Origin: Candidatus Aminicenantes bacterium
GTDB taxonomy: Bacteria; Acidobacteriota; Aminicenantia; Aminicenantales; UBA8522
Direction: 5' to 3'
Assembly: GCA_963726335.1 (NCBI GenBank)
Contig: CAVSCD010000004.1
Location: 472,904 to 536,903, forward strand
DNA: 64,000 bases
The notes below the pieces were generated by a model that saw only the letters and a program-made list of their open reading frames with translations, searched no databases and was not told where the DNA came from. Numbering within the stretch: the stretch's first letter is position 1; every line of letters begins with the position of its first letter. Positions 9,032 through 18,857 of the stretch are shown here, in pieces. The position numbers were made by a program, and so were the translations under genes.

Positions 9032-11050
9032 ATGAAGTTTTCGCACGCCGGCTGGCAGCTCGCCCTCCTCGGCCTCGTCGCCCTGGGCGCGGGGGAGAGG
9101 GCCGGAATGGGCCCTGAAGTTTCGACCGTCAAACGTCCGCCGGCCGCGGGAGCCAATTCTCACTACGTGACCAACCGGGCGCCCCTGGCGCCGTCGCCGC
9201 TCGTGAAACTGCCGATCGGCGCCATCGAACCCAAAGGCTGGCTCCTCAGTCAGCTTCAGCTCATGCGCACGGGGCTCACCGGTCGTCTGCAGGAACTGAG
9301 CCGGCACCTCGGCAGCGACAGCGGCTGGATCACCCTCCGGGGCGCGGGCTGGGAGGAGATGCCCTATTGGCTCAAGGGATACCAGGACCTCGGGTACCTG
9401 CTCAAGGACCCGGAGCTCATCGCTTCGGCGGGACGGTGGATGGACCGCGCCTTGGGAAGCCAGCAGCCGGACGGGTTCTTCGGCCCTCCGGCGAACAGGA
9501 TCAAGGGCGACCTCTGGCCGAACATGCTCGTCCTCACCTGCGCCCAGAGTCTTTATGAGGCGACCTCGGACCCGCGCGTCATTCCCTTCCTCACGAAATA
9601 CTTCAGGTTCGAATACGACCTTCCGGTCGCGGAGCTTCTTCCGGAAAGCTGGCAGAAGCTCCGGGGCGGCGAGAACCTGGAGAGTGTCTACTGGCTCTAC
9701 AACCGCACCGGCGACGCCTGGCTGCTCGACCTCGCCCGCCGCCTCTACGAGAGGACGGCTGACTGGGAGTCCGATATCCTCAGCCCCGAACGCGACCGGG
9801 ACTGGGAGCCCAGCGCCTTCTACCACGGAGTCAACATCGCCATGGGCTTGAGGTATCCGGGCGTCTATTTCCAGCAAGCCGGGGACACCCGGTACCTGGA
9901 GACCGTCGAGAAGAACTACCGCCTTGTGATGGACGCCTACGGCCGACAGCCCGGCGGAATGTTCGGGGCCGACGAGAACATCCGCGCCGGCTTCGGCGAC
10001 CCGAGGCAGGGGGCGGAGACCTGCTCGATGGTCGAGCTCATGAACAGCCACGAAGCCCTTCTCAAGATCACGGGCGACGCAAAGCATGCCGACCGCTGCG
10101 AAGAGATCGCCTTCAATTCCCTCCCCGCCGCCCTGACGCCCGACCTCAAAGCCCTCCATTACCTCACCGCGCCGAACCTGATCTCCTGCGACAGCTCGGG
10201 CGAGCACGACTTCCAGAACGACGGGACGCTGGTCTCTTACGACCCTCATTCGTATCGGTGCTGCCAGCACAACGTGGCCTTCGGCTGGCCGTATTTCGCC
10301 GAGCATCTATGGCTGGCCACGGCCGACAACGGCCTGGCTGCCTCGCTGTACTCGCCCTGCGAGGTCACGGCCAAGGTCGCCGATGGCGCGGCCGTCCGGA
10401 TCAGCGAGGACACCTGGTATCCCTTCGGGGAGATCGTCGATCTGACCGTGCGGACAGACCGGGAGGTCAGCTTCCCGCTCTACCTCCGGGTGCCGGACTG
10501 GTCGAAGAACCCGGCGCTCCTCATCAACGGAAAAAGACAGCCCGTCAGGCTCGTGGCCGGACAATACGCCCTCATCCGCCGTCATTGGAGGAACGGGGAC
10601 CAGGTCCGGTTCGAGCTTTCGCCCGAGATCGAGGTCAAGGTCTGGCCGGAATGGGCGGATGCCGTCTCCGTCCGCCGCGGTCCGCTCTGGTTCTCGCTCA
10701 AGATCGGCGAAGAGTGGAAGAGATATGCCGGCACGGACGAATGGCCGGCCTGCGAAGTCCTGCCGACGACTCCCTGGAACTACGGCCTGGACGTCGCCCC
10801 GGACCGCCCGGAGGCCGCGATATCTCTCGTGAGCGCGGCGGCGCCGGCCTATCAGCCATTCGCTCTCGAGGCGGCGCCGGTCGTCCTCAGGGCCAAGGCC
10901 AGGCGCCTTCCGGACTGGAAGGCGGAGGGGAAGATGGTCGGCAAGATGCCGGCGGGCCCGCCGCGGCCGGGCGGGGCCGCAGAAGACGTGCTCCTCGTGC
11001 CGATGGGTTGCGCCCGGCTCCGGATCGCCGTCTTCCCGCGCGCCTCTTAG
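9032..11050 (+). CDS. Secreted glycoside hydrolase, GH127/DUF1680-like (beta-L-arabinofuranosidase family)
   Basis: Signal peptide present. An 'AETCSMVE' (E-x-C) motif and an 'RCCQHN' (Cys-Cys) motif are spaced like the Zn/catalytic cysteines of HypBA1-type GH127. An AAGGAG SD precedes the ATG at 9032; the six-frame ORF is N-terminally over-extended. Confidence 0.5.
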   Translation: MKFSHAGWQLALLGLVALGAGERAGMGPEVSTVKRPPAAGANSHYVTNRAPLAPSPLVKLPIGAIEPKGWLLSQLQLMRTGLTGRLQELSRHLGSDSGWITLRGAGWEEMPYWLKGYQDLGYLLKDPELIASAGRWMDRALGSQQPDGFFGPPANRIKGDLWPNMLVLTCAQSLYEATSDPRVIPFLTKYFRFEYDLPVAELLPESWQKLRGGENLESVYWLYNRTGDAWLLDLARRLYERTADWESDILSPERDRDWEPSAFYHGVNIAMGLRYPGVYFQQAGDTRYLETVEKNYRLVMDAYGRQPGGMFGADENIRAGFGDPRQGAETCSMVELMNSHEALLKITGDAKHADRCEEIAFNSLPAALTPDLKALHYLTAPNLISCDSSGEHDFQNDGTLVSYDPHSYRCCQHNVAFGWPYFAEHLWLATADNGLAASLYSPCEVTAKVADGAAVRISEDTWYPFGEIVDLTVRTDREVSFPLYLRVPDWSKNPALLINGKRQPVRLVAGQYALIRRHWRNGDQVRFELSPEIEVKVWPEWADAVSVRRGPLWFSLKIGEEWKRYAGTDEWPACEVLPTTPWNYGLDVAPDRPEAAISLVSAAAPAYQPFALEAAPVVLRAKARRLPDWKAEGKMVGKMPAGPPRPGGAAEDVLLVPMGCARLRIAVFPRAS

Positions 11051-11165
11051 GCAGCCCCGGTCCGCGCTCGTTGGCAAAGGACACGAAGTCTGATAAAATT
11101 CCATCTCTCAAGTTGAAGCCCTGCCGGACCGAGACGATCAGGGCGTTCAGGAAAACCAAGGAGGC

Positions 11166-11882
11166 ATGATGAAAAAGACGCTATCCCAGGCGATTGTCGC
11201 GCTCTGCGTTTTGGCGCTGGTCCTGGCGGCCCCGGCGGCCGCAGCGGGCCAGGTTCAGGAAACCGAAAGCACCGTCCCCGAGCTCAGCGCCTATCACGAC
11301 GTGATCTATCCCATTTGGCATACGGCCTATCCGGAAAAGGATTATGCGGCACTCCGAAGTTACGCGCCCGAAGTCAAGGGCGGGGCCGAGAAGATCTACG
11401 CCGCCAGGCTCCCGGGCATCCTGCACGATCGGCAGGCGAAGTGGGACCAGGGCACGGCCGAGCTCAAGAAGAACGTTGACGCCTACCTCGCGGCGGCCGC
11501 CGGAACGGACGACGCGGCCCTTCTGGCCGCGGCCGAGACCCTTCACTCCCGCTACGAGATGCTCGTCAGGATCATCCGGCCCGTGCTCAAGGAAGTCGAC
11601 GCCTTCCACAAGGTCCTTTACGTCGTCTACCATACCTACCTCCCGGACAAGGACTTCGCCAGGATCAAAGAGGTGAGCCCCGACCTGGCGGCCAAGGCCG
11701 AGGCCATCACCAAAGCCTCGCTCCCGAAGAGGCTCGAATCGAAGGCCGAGGCGTTCCAGAAAGCCGCGGCCGACCTTCATGAAGCTTCGAAGGCCCTGGC
11801 GGCGTCTCCCGACGCGTCGATGGCCGCCGCGGTCGAGACGCTTCACACGAAATACCAGGCCCTCGAAAAAGTCTTCGAATAG
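11166..11882 (+). CDS. Hypothetical secreted protein with an internal tandem duplication (two ~100-aa repeats)
   Basis: Signal peptide 'LVLAAPAAAAG'. The halves align as YHDVIYPIWHTAYPEKDYAALRSYAPEV...ETLHSRYEML versus FHKVLYVVYHTYLPDKDFARIKEVSPDL...ETLHTKYQAL. A strong AAGGAGG SD is present. Confidence 0.6.
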   Translation: MMKKTLSQAIVALCVLALVLAAPAAAAGQVQETESTVPELSAYHDVIYPIWHTAYPEKDYAALRSYAPEVKGGAEKIYAARLPGILHDRQAKWDQGTAELKKNVDAYLAAAAGTDDAALLAAAETLHSRYEMLVRIIRPVLKEVDAFHKVLYVVYHTYLPDKDFARIKEVSPDLAAKAEAITKASLPKRLESKAEAFQKAAADLHEASKALAASPDASMAAAVETLHTKYQALEKVFE

Positions 11883-11905
11883 GCCGGGGGAATTCCGGCC
11901 CGGGA

Positions 11906-14146
11906 TCAGAAGGCGCAGGCGATCGCCAGCCTGAGACTCCTCGCCGGTTCGAACATGGCCTCGGCATCGGGCCGGGCGATATAGGTCGCGTTAAGCACGT
12001 TGGCCATGGTCAAGTAGAAATTCCAGGTCCGCCAGGCATAGCTCGCCCTGATGTTGACGACGGCCGAGCCGGGGATGGCCACTTCGGCCGGGCCCGGGTT
12101 ATCCTTATCGAGCAGGAAAACGCCGTTCGCCTCCGCGCTGAACCAGCCGAGCCAGACCCTCGTCCCGCCATACAGGCGAAAGGGCGGAATGTCGTTGAGA
12201 GGCGCCCCGGCATCGAGGCTCCGGCCGCGGATCGCGGACAGGTTGCCGAAGACCTTCCAGCCCGGGGTGATGAAATGTTCGGCCTCGAGTTCCCATCCCT
12301 CGATCCTGCCTTTGGCGATATTGCCGTATGTGTACGTCGTCGGGCTAATCTTGTAGCGTTCGATCATGCCGCCGATCTCATACCGGAAAGCGTAGAGGCC
12401 GGCAAAAAACCGCCTTCCCAGGAGCTTTAGCCCGCCGTCGAGGTTCAGGCTTGTCTCCGGCCTCAGGTCCGGCTGGCCGATGATGAACCCCCGGCCGCTG
12501 ATCCCCGTATAGAACCGCTCGCTGAGGCTGGGCAGCCTGTACGCGCGGCCGGCGTTGACGAATGCCGTGAGCACATCCGTCAATTTATAGGAGGCCGCCA
12601 GGAACCCGGTGCCGGCGGTATCCCTGGCCAGTGCCGGCGCCTCCGACCCCATGGGCACGGCGTCCATCCGGAGGCTGTCCCAGCGCAGCCCGGCGAGGAG
12701 GTCGAGCCGCCTGACGCCCGAAAAATCGGCGGAGACAAATACGCCCACGTCCGACCGCCGGCCGTCGGCATACGGGAGCTCCTCGTAAACGTGCGAGGCC
12801 GAGCCCGAGGCATCGATGGCCGTATAGGTGTTCGCGGCGCTGGCGCCGGCCCGGCCAAAATAGTCCACCCCCGCTTCGAACCGGAGCCCATCGCCAAGAG
12901 TCCGGCCGTACGAGAGCTGAGACCCGAAATCGGTGCTCTGCGTGCGGCTGAACGATTCGGCGGTTTTCGAGCCCTTGTAAGTATCGGTCCGGGTTTCGAG
13001 GAAATTGGGATTAACGAAGGCCTGGAACAGGATCTCCCCTCCGCCGCCGACCCCCTTCTCGTTCCAGCGGAATTGGAGGAGGTTCTGGTTTTCCCTGGGA
13101 TACCAGGTGGGCGACGTCGACGCGTTGGCGTTCGGCTTGCCGATATCCGTCCCCCTCGCCCCCAGGAAGCTCAGGTCGATGGTGCGCCGGTCCGTCCGGC
13201 GGGAGACCCGGGCGAGGAGGCTTCGCTGGGTGTATTGGGATTGAAGGACCCTGGATCCGTCAGGAAGGCGGTAGTTCCCGGCGTCCAGATCTTGAAACGA
13301 GAGCAGGAACGCCGTCCGGCCGGAAGCTCCTTCAACGGTGGCGCCGAGCGCCTTTTCGGAGTTCACCAGCCCGTAGCCCGTCGAGAGCCGGCCGTGGATC
13401 CCGGGGCGGAACGAGGGGCGTTTGGTCAGGAGATGGATGACGCCTCCGATCGCGTCCGACCCGTAGAAGACAGAGGACGGACTTCTCAGGACTTCGATCT
13501 GGTCGATATCTTCGGGACTGACGAACGAGGCGTTGGGGCCCGTCCGCCGCTCGCTTTCAAGCCTGGCCCCGTCGACAAGATAAAGGATCCTCCTGCGGGC
13601 CAATCCCCGGACGGTGGGAACGAGCGAAAAACCTCCCGAACCGAGAGCGCCCACGCCGGGGACGTCCTGGATCCCCTCCGTGATGTTGGCGGGCCGCTTT
13701 TCCGCCAGCGTTTCGCCCCGGACGACGGTTTCGGCGGCCGGGATCTTGACCGACGGCTCGGGGTAGCGGAGAGCCGTCACCGCGATCTCCTCGCGCTGCG
13801 CGATCAGGGGAGTGAGCGCGAAAACGAGCTCCCGGGCCAACTCCGTCCTGGCAACCGCGAACGCGCGCTCGTAGTGGTCCGCGTGGACGACCTCGAGGCG
13901 GATCTCGCCGGAGCCGGGGACCGGAAGAACGAATTCGCCGCGGGGACCGGTTACGGTCCGCGCGCCGGTCGGACGGTGGCTGACCACAGCTCCCTCAAGC
14001 GGCTGGCCGCCCACCCCGACCACCACGCCCCGGACCTCGGCATCCGGCGCCTGGGCCAGGAGCGAGGCGGCCAGCGCCAGCGGCAGGAAGACGGCGGTCA
14101 ATGTGCGCAAGCCAAAATAATATTCATTGCGGGTGAAGGCTGTCAA
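11906..14146 (-). CDS. TonB-dependent outer-membrane receptor with N-terminal carboxypeptidase-regulatory-like domain
   Basis: Signal peptide present. A plug/TonB-box-like region 'ETVVRGE' is followed by a long beta-barrel-like sequence. The C-terminus ends in aromatic F ('...LAIACAF'). 746 aa. Confidence 0.8.
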   Translation of the reverse strand: MTAFTRNEYYFGLRTLTAVFLPLALAASLLAQAPDAEVRGVVVGVGGQPLEGAVVSHRPTGARTVTGPRGEFVLPVPGSGEIRLEVVHADHYERAFAVARTELARELVFALTPLIAQREEIAVTALRYPEPSVKIPAAETVVRGETLAEKRPANITEGIQDVPGVGALGSGGFSLVPTVRGLARRRILYLVDGARLESERRTGPNASFVSPEDIDQIEVLRSPSSVFYGSDAIGGVIHLLTKRPSFRPGIHGRLSTGYGLVNSEKALGATVEGASGRTAFLLSFQDLDAGNYRLPDGSRVLQSQYTQRSLLARVSRRTDRRTIDLSFLGARGTDIGKPNANASTSPTWYPRENQNLLQFRWNEKGVGGGGEILFQAFVNPNFLETRTDTYKGSKTAESFSRTQSTDFGSQLSYGRTLGDGLRFEAGVDYFGRAGASAANTYTAIDASGSASHVYEELPYADGRRSDVGVFVSADFSGVRRLDLLAGLRWDSLRMDAVPMGSEAPALARDTAGTGFLAASYKLTDVLTAFVNAGRAYRLPSLSERFYTGISGRGFIIGQPDLRPETSLNLDGGLKLLGRRFFAGLYAFRYEIGGMIERYKISPTTYTYGNIAKGRIEGWELEAEHFITPGWKVFGNLSAIRGRSLDAGAPLNDIPPFRLYGGTRVWLGWFSAEANGVFLLDKDNPGPAEVAIPGSAVVNIRASYAWRTWNFYLTMANVLNATYIARPDAEAMFEPARSLRLAIACAF

Positions 14147-14274
14147 CGGAAGAAGATCGTTATGGGATATCGGCTCGAGTTCTGGTAAAATAGCCGCCTT
14201 GTCTTTGAGGTTGAGTTGGCCATGCCCGCGTCTGCTTTCGTGAACATAGTCACTCCGAGTTTGGAGGCCCGGCC

Positions 14275-16068
14275 ATGCCCGGAATGAGTGCCGACATCGC
14301 GACTCTGGCCGACATCCTCCGGTATCTCGAGCGCGATGGCTTGAAGCCGGACCTGCTCAAGGCCCGAACCGAAGACGGCTTCCGTCCGATCTCGACGGCC
14401 GAATTCTCGCGCCGCGTCCGCGGTCTGTCGCTCGGCCTGGCCGGCCTGGGACTCGGCCCCGGCGTCAAGGTCGCCCTCCTGTCCGAGAATCGCCCCGAGT
14501 GGATCATCGCCGACCTGGCCGTGCTCGCCGCGGGCGGGATCACCGTCCCCATCTACACCCAGCTCCCGCCCGCGCAGATCGAATATCTCATCGAAGATTC
14601 GGAGAGCGAGATCATCCTCTGTTCGACCCGGGAGCTCTGGCTCAAGGTCGAAGCCGTCCGCGCCCGGCTGCCCCGGCTGGCCCATGCCATCCTGTTCGAG
14701 GGCGCCGTCCCCGGCGTGCTCACCGCCGATGAAGTGATCATCCGGGGCGAAGCGGAGGGCCGGGCGCGGCCTGACAGTTTCGACCGGGCGGCCGCCGCCG
14801 TCCGGCCCGGCGACCCGGCGTCGATCATCTACACGTCGGGAACGACGGGAGCGCCCAAGGGCGTTGTCCTCAGCCACGGCAATCTTATCGCCAACATCCG
14901 CGCCACCGATGCCGTCATCCAATTCGACGCCAGGGACACGAGCCTTTCGTTTCTCCCCCTCGCTCACGTCCTGGAGCGGATGACGACCTGGGCGCTGCTG
15001 TCCAAAGGGGCTTCGATAATCTACGGCGGCGGAGTCGAAACGGTCGCCGAGGATCTTCTTGAAGGCCAGCCCACGGTCATGATCAGCGTGCCGCGGCTGT
15101 TCGAAAAAATGTACGTCAAGATCATGGACCAGGTCCTCGCGGGGTCGGCGCTCAAGAAAAGGATCTTCTTCTGGTCGCTCACCGCCGGCCGCAAACGGTC
15201 CCGCCGGATCGTCGCCGGGAAAAAGGTCCCGCGGTTCCTGGCCCTGAGATACGCGCTGGCCCGCCGGCTGGTCTTCGCCAGGATCCTGGCCAGGACGGGC
15301 GGCCGGATCAGGTGGTTCATCTGCGGCGGCGCGCCGCTATCCGAGGATATCGCCGAATTTTTTTACGCCGTCGGTCTGGTCATTTGCCCCGGCTACGGAC
15401 TGACGGAGACGTCTCCCATCCTGACCGGCAACACGCCGGACATCTACCGTTTCGGGACGGTCGGCAAGCCGCTCCCGGGCGTCGAGATCCGCATCGCCGG
15501 GGACGGCGAGATCATGGCCCGCGGCGACAACGTCATGCTCGGCTACTACAGGAAAGAGGCCGAGACCCGGGAGGTGATGGCCGACGGCTGGCTTCATACG
15601 GGCGATATCGGGTACTTCGATCAGGACGGTTTTCTGATCATCACCGACCGGAAGAAGGACTTGATCGTGACATCGGGCGGGAAGAACGTCGCCCCCCAGC
15701 CGATCGAAAGCCGCCTGTTGGCGAATCCCTTTATCCGGTCGGCCGTGGTCGTCGGGAACGACCGCAAGTTCATTTCGGCTCTGATCGTTCCTGAATTTGA
15801 TAAATTAGCGGCCGTTGCCAAGCGATGGGGGGTCGAGGCCGCTGTCCCGGCCGAGCTGATCGCGCGCCAGGATGTCGTCGATTTCATGCTGGCCGAGATC
15901 CAGAGAACCACACCCGACCTCGCCCCCTACGAACGGATCAAGAAGATCATCCTCCTCGACCGGGATTTCGACCTGGCGGCCGGCGAGATCACTCCCACTT
16001 TGAAAGTCCGCCGGAGCTTTGTGGAGCGGGAGTTCAGGCAGCGGATCGACGCTCTTTACGCCGACTGA
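14275..16068 (+). CDS. Long-chain fatty acid--CoA ligase (AMP-binding enzyme)
   Basis: AMP-binding signature 'IIYTSGTTGAPKGV'. Also 'GYGLTET' and 'LHTGDIGYFDQDGFLIITDRKKD' motifs are present. 597 aa. Confidence 0.85.
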   Translation: MPGMSADIATLADILRYLERDGLKPDLLKARTEDGFRPISTAEFSRRVRGLSLGLAGLGLGPGVKVALLSENRPEWIIADLAVLAAGGITVPIYTQLPPAQIEYLIEDSESEIILCSTRELWLKVEAVRARLPRLAHAILFEGAVPGVLTADEVIIRGEAEGRARPDSFDRAAAAVRPGDPASIIYTSGTTGAPKGVVLSHGNLIANIRATDAVIQFDARDTSLSFLPLAHVLERMTTWALLSKGASIIYGGGVETVAEDLLEGQPTVMISVPRLFEKMYVKIMDQVLAGSALKKRIFFWSLTAGRKRSRRIVAGKKVPRFLALRYALARRLVFARILARTGGRIRWFICGGAPLSEDIAEFFYAVGLVICPGYGLTETSPILTGNTPDIYRFGTVGKPLPGVEIRIAGDGEIMARGDNVMLGYYRKEAETREVMADGWLHTGDIGYFDQDGFLIITDRKKDLIVTSGGKNVAPQPIESRLLANPFIRSAVVVGNDRKFISALIVPEFDKLAAVAKRWGVEAAVPAELIARQDVVDFMLAEIQRTTPDLAPYERIKKIILLDRDFDLAAGEITPTLKVRRSFVEREFRQRIDALYAD

Positions 16069-16196
16069 CCGTCGACCCCAGGTGCCCAAAACGAAAGTCG
16101 TTAATTTATTTCTACATCTAATCGTAAGTTGTTGAGATCACCACGCCTCGCTCGTAATGAATTTTTCTATCGGCAATTTGGGGATAATGCGGCATC

Positions 16197-16225
16197 TTGA
16201 CAACTCTACAGGTTCTCACTAGATT
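16197..16225 (+). promoter_or_regulatory. Putative sigma-70 promoter (TTGACA-N17-TAGATT followed by GGG)
   Basis: TTGACA at 16197-16202, a 17-nt spacer, and TAGATT at 16220-16225. It lies in an AT-rich region ~85 nt upstream of the 16309 CDS. The same -10/GGG arrangement occurs at 36268-36296. Confidence 0.35.
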
Positions 16226-16308
16226 GGGCCCTTGAAATACGCTTCGCTGACCAGCGTCCCGCCTTCCGTCTATCGCACTTATCGCGAAGGCGCCTGAGAG
16301 GAGATAAA

Positions 16309-18852
16309 ATGTCCAGCAAGAGAACCGCCTCGTTGATCCTGCTGATGGCCGTGTGGGCGATGACCACGGGCGTCGCGGTCACGCTCCCGGCCCAGACGGA
16401 CCCCGCCAGACCGACGTTCCTCGACCACCGGCCGATCCGGTTCTCTCCGGGCGACGTCCGGCTCCCGGCGGAGGAGAACGAGATGAGCCGCCGCTACCTG
16501 AGGCTGTGCGAAAAATGGATCCCGATCGGCATGAAGAGCTTCAAGGACTGGCCGACCCGGCCCAACTGCGGGCACTTCTTCGGCGGTGTGTACTGGTACG
16601 GGCTGGAGACAGCCGGTCCCGCGGCCATGATGGCCATCGTCAGCACCTCGCGGGAATACGACGAGGCCGCCGCCGGCTTTACCCGGCAGCAGCTTCGGGA
16701 AGCCGCCATCAAGGGCCTGCGCTACCTCTGTTTCACCCACGACACGGGCCCGGCCGACTGCGTCCGGCCCAAGGAGAGCCTGGGGCGGCCCGAGCCGGCC
16801 AACACCAAGTGGGGCGAGCGCGGCAAGGGTTTCTTCCCCGAGAGCCAGTGCAGCGGCACGATCCACAACCTCAATATCATCGCCGCCCTGTTGCCGGACA
16901 TGGTGGATGCCGAAACCTGGCAGATGCTGGCCAACATCAACATGGATTACATGGACCGGTTCGGCACCATGCCCCCTCCATCGGGAGTCTATAATAACAC
17001 CCAGATGGAAGAGAACGGCTGGACCGCGCTGGGCCTCGCCTCCGCCCACCTGCTCCTGCCGCGCCATCCGCAGGCCGAAGCCTGGGCCCGCCATGCCGCG
17101 CGCTGGATGTTCGCGACCGCGACCATGCCCCAGGACAGCTTCAACCAGACGGTCATCGCCGACGGCAAGACCGCGGCCGATCTGTGCGCCCGGATCTACA
17201 CCACGCTTCCCGACGGCATGGCCGAGAATCACGGCATCGTCCACCCGAGCTACCTGTCGTCCGGCGTCAGCTACATGGGTTCGACGGCGCTCCAGTACGC
17301 GATCTTCGGGCAGACGCCGCCGCCTCATCTCTTCTGGAACCGTCAGGTCATCTACGACCGTCTCAAGGAGACCAGCGATGCGCTCGGGTTCGCCCACCGG
17401 GTGCAGGGGATGGATTGGCCTTATTTCAACGTCGGCACCGCGTCGCTCCATGCCCTCGCCAGCGTGTTGTTGCAGGATCGGGAAGCCGCCTACCTCGAGA
17501 GGGTCGGGCTCGACTGGGTCGAGAAGGTCCAGACCATCCACCAGGGCCGCATCATCGACCCCGAGGTCGCCGCCATCTGCGAAACGCAGCAGGACCCGGT
17601 GGCCGTCACTGAGTACGGCGGTTCGGCTTTCGCCTTCCCGTACCTTTTCCACCGGGTGTTCGGTCCCGGAGAGACCCCGTGCTCGCCCGAGGAGTTCCTC
17701 GCCGCCGCCAAGGGAGTCCGCTACTACCCGCACTCCGGCGTCCTGTTCCATAAACACGACAAAGGCCAGGTCAGCCTGAGCTGGAGGAACCAGACCATGG
17801 TCATGCCGTTGACCAACGACGGACTCGAGCTGATCGGCTCGGCCCGCGGCTCGATGCTGGCGTCGGTGGTCGTCCGCGACATCCCGGCCAGCGAAGAGAA
17901 CGTCGCCCTGAAGGTCTGGAACGGGAGCGACCGCGCCGCCGCCGTGGTCAGCCAGCGCCTCGCCCAGGGGAGCGTCGGGAGGAAGGTCTTCTTCGCCTCC
18001 CTGCCCGACGGGAACACCGTGCTCGTCGAACGCCTTGTCGCCCTCAAGGATATCACGGTCGAATCCCTGCGCCAGGGCTACCTCCATATTATCAACGAGA
18101 AATTCGCCTGCGCCGGGGAAGACGGACGGGCGCGCCGGATGTTCTACTTCCCGGGCGGAGAAAAGGCCTTCTTCGGATTCCCCAGCCGGGACCCCGCGGA
18201 CGACATCGTCCTGCCGCTCGACCACCCCGCTTGGGTCAACATCGACGACAAGATGAGCCTTTATTTCCGGGGAACAGGAGCGACACGTTACACGAACCGG
18301 CATTATTTCAAGGTCTGGCACGCCGTCGCCGACGACCTCGAACTGAGCGTCCTCGAGGCGCCTCAAGCCTTCGCCAAGGACGCCCTGGTCGGCGAGCTGA
18401 CCACGCTGATCTGGCCGGGCCAGAAGCACGAAGAGATCGCCGATCACACCCTCGTCGCCGCCGGGACCAGCGCAGACGTTAGCGCCCTGCTGGCCGGGCG
18501 GTACCTCGCTTGGGTCAACTTCGGCGAAAAACCTTGCCGGGACGAGGCCTTCTTCGCCGGGAACCTGGGCGGCGACGTGCCGGTTTTCCCAGGCGTAACC
18601 CGGTTGAGCGCCGATGGCTGGCGTTATCGGTTGCAGGGTGACGCGCTCGAGGGAGCGGTCCTCGAGCCGCGCGGCAGCCTGAGGATCTCCGCCGGCCGCC
18701 CCGAGTCTCAGCTGCAGGTCGAAGCGGTCCCGGGCGGGGCCGTCTATGTGACGAACCCGGGGAAGGGAAGCGTGAACGTCGAGTGGGGGACGGCGCCGGA
18801 GCGGCGCAAGGTGACACTCAAGGCCGGTGAAACACGGTTGCTCCCGGACTGA
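16309..18852 (+). CDS. Large hypothetical secreted protein (847 aa), possibly a polysaccharide lyase or glycoside hydrolase
   Basis: A clear signal peptide and long uninterrupted ORF with good SD context (GAGGAGA). No motif I can assign with confidence. Confidence 0.55.
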   Translation: MSSKRTASLILLMAVWAMTTGVAVTLPAQTDPARPTFLDHRPIRFSPGDVRLPAEENEMSRRYLRLCEKWIPIGMKSFKDWPTRPNCGHFFGGVYWYGLETAGPAAMMAIVSTSREYDEAAAGFTRQQLREAAIKGLRYLCFTHDTGPADCVRPKESLGRPEPANTKWGERGKGFFPESQCSGTIHNLNIIAALLPDMVDAETWQMLANINMDYMDRFGTMPPPSGVYNNTQMEENGWTALGLASAHLLLPRHPQAEAWARHAARWMFATATMPQDSFNQTVIADGKTAADLCARIYTTLPDGMAENHGIVHPSYLSSGVSYMGSTALQYAIFGQTPPPHLFWNRQVIYDRLKETSDALGFAHRVQGMDWPYFNVGTASLHALASVLLQDREAAYLERVGLDWVEKVQTIHQGRIIDPEVAAICETQQDPVAVTEYGGSAFAFPYLFHRVFGPGETPCSPEEFLAAAKGVRYYPHSGVLFHKHDKGQVSLSWRNQTMVMPLTNDGLELIGSARGSMLASVVVRDIPASEENVALKVWNGSDRAAAVVSQRLAQGSVGRKVFFASLPDGNTVLVERLVALKDITVESLRQGYLHIINEKFACAGEDGRARRMFYFPGGEKAFFGFPSRDPADDIVLPLDHPAWVNIDDKMSLYFRGTGATRYTNRHYFKVWHAVADDLELSVLEAPQAFAKDALVGELTTLIWPGQKHEEIADHTLVAAGTSADVSALLAGRYLAWVNFGEKPCRDEAFFAGNLGGDVPVFPGVTRLSADGWRYRLQGDALEGAVLEPRGSLRISAGRPESQLQVEAVPGGAVYVTNPGKGSVNVEWGTAPERRKVTLKAGETRLLPD

Positions 18853-18857
18853 CCCGG

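Noticed and set aside
8978-10306. 442-aa minus-strand ORF
   Set aside because: Antisense to the GH127-like gene.
12791-14188. 465-aa plus-strand ORF
   Set aside because: Antisense to the TonB-dependent receptor.
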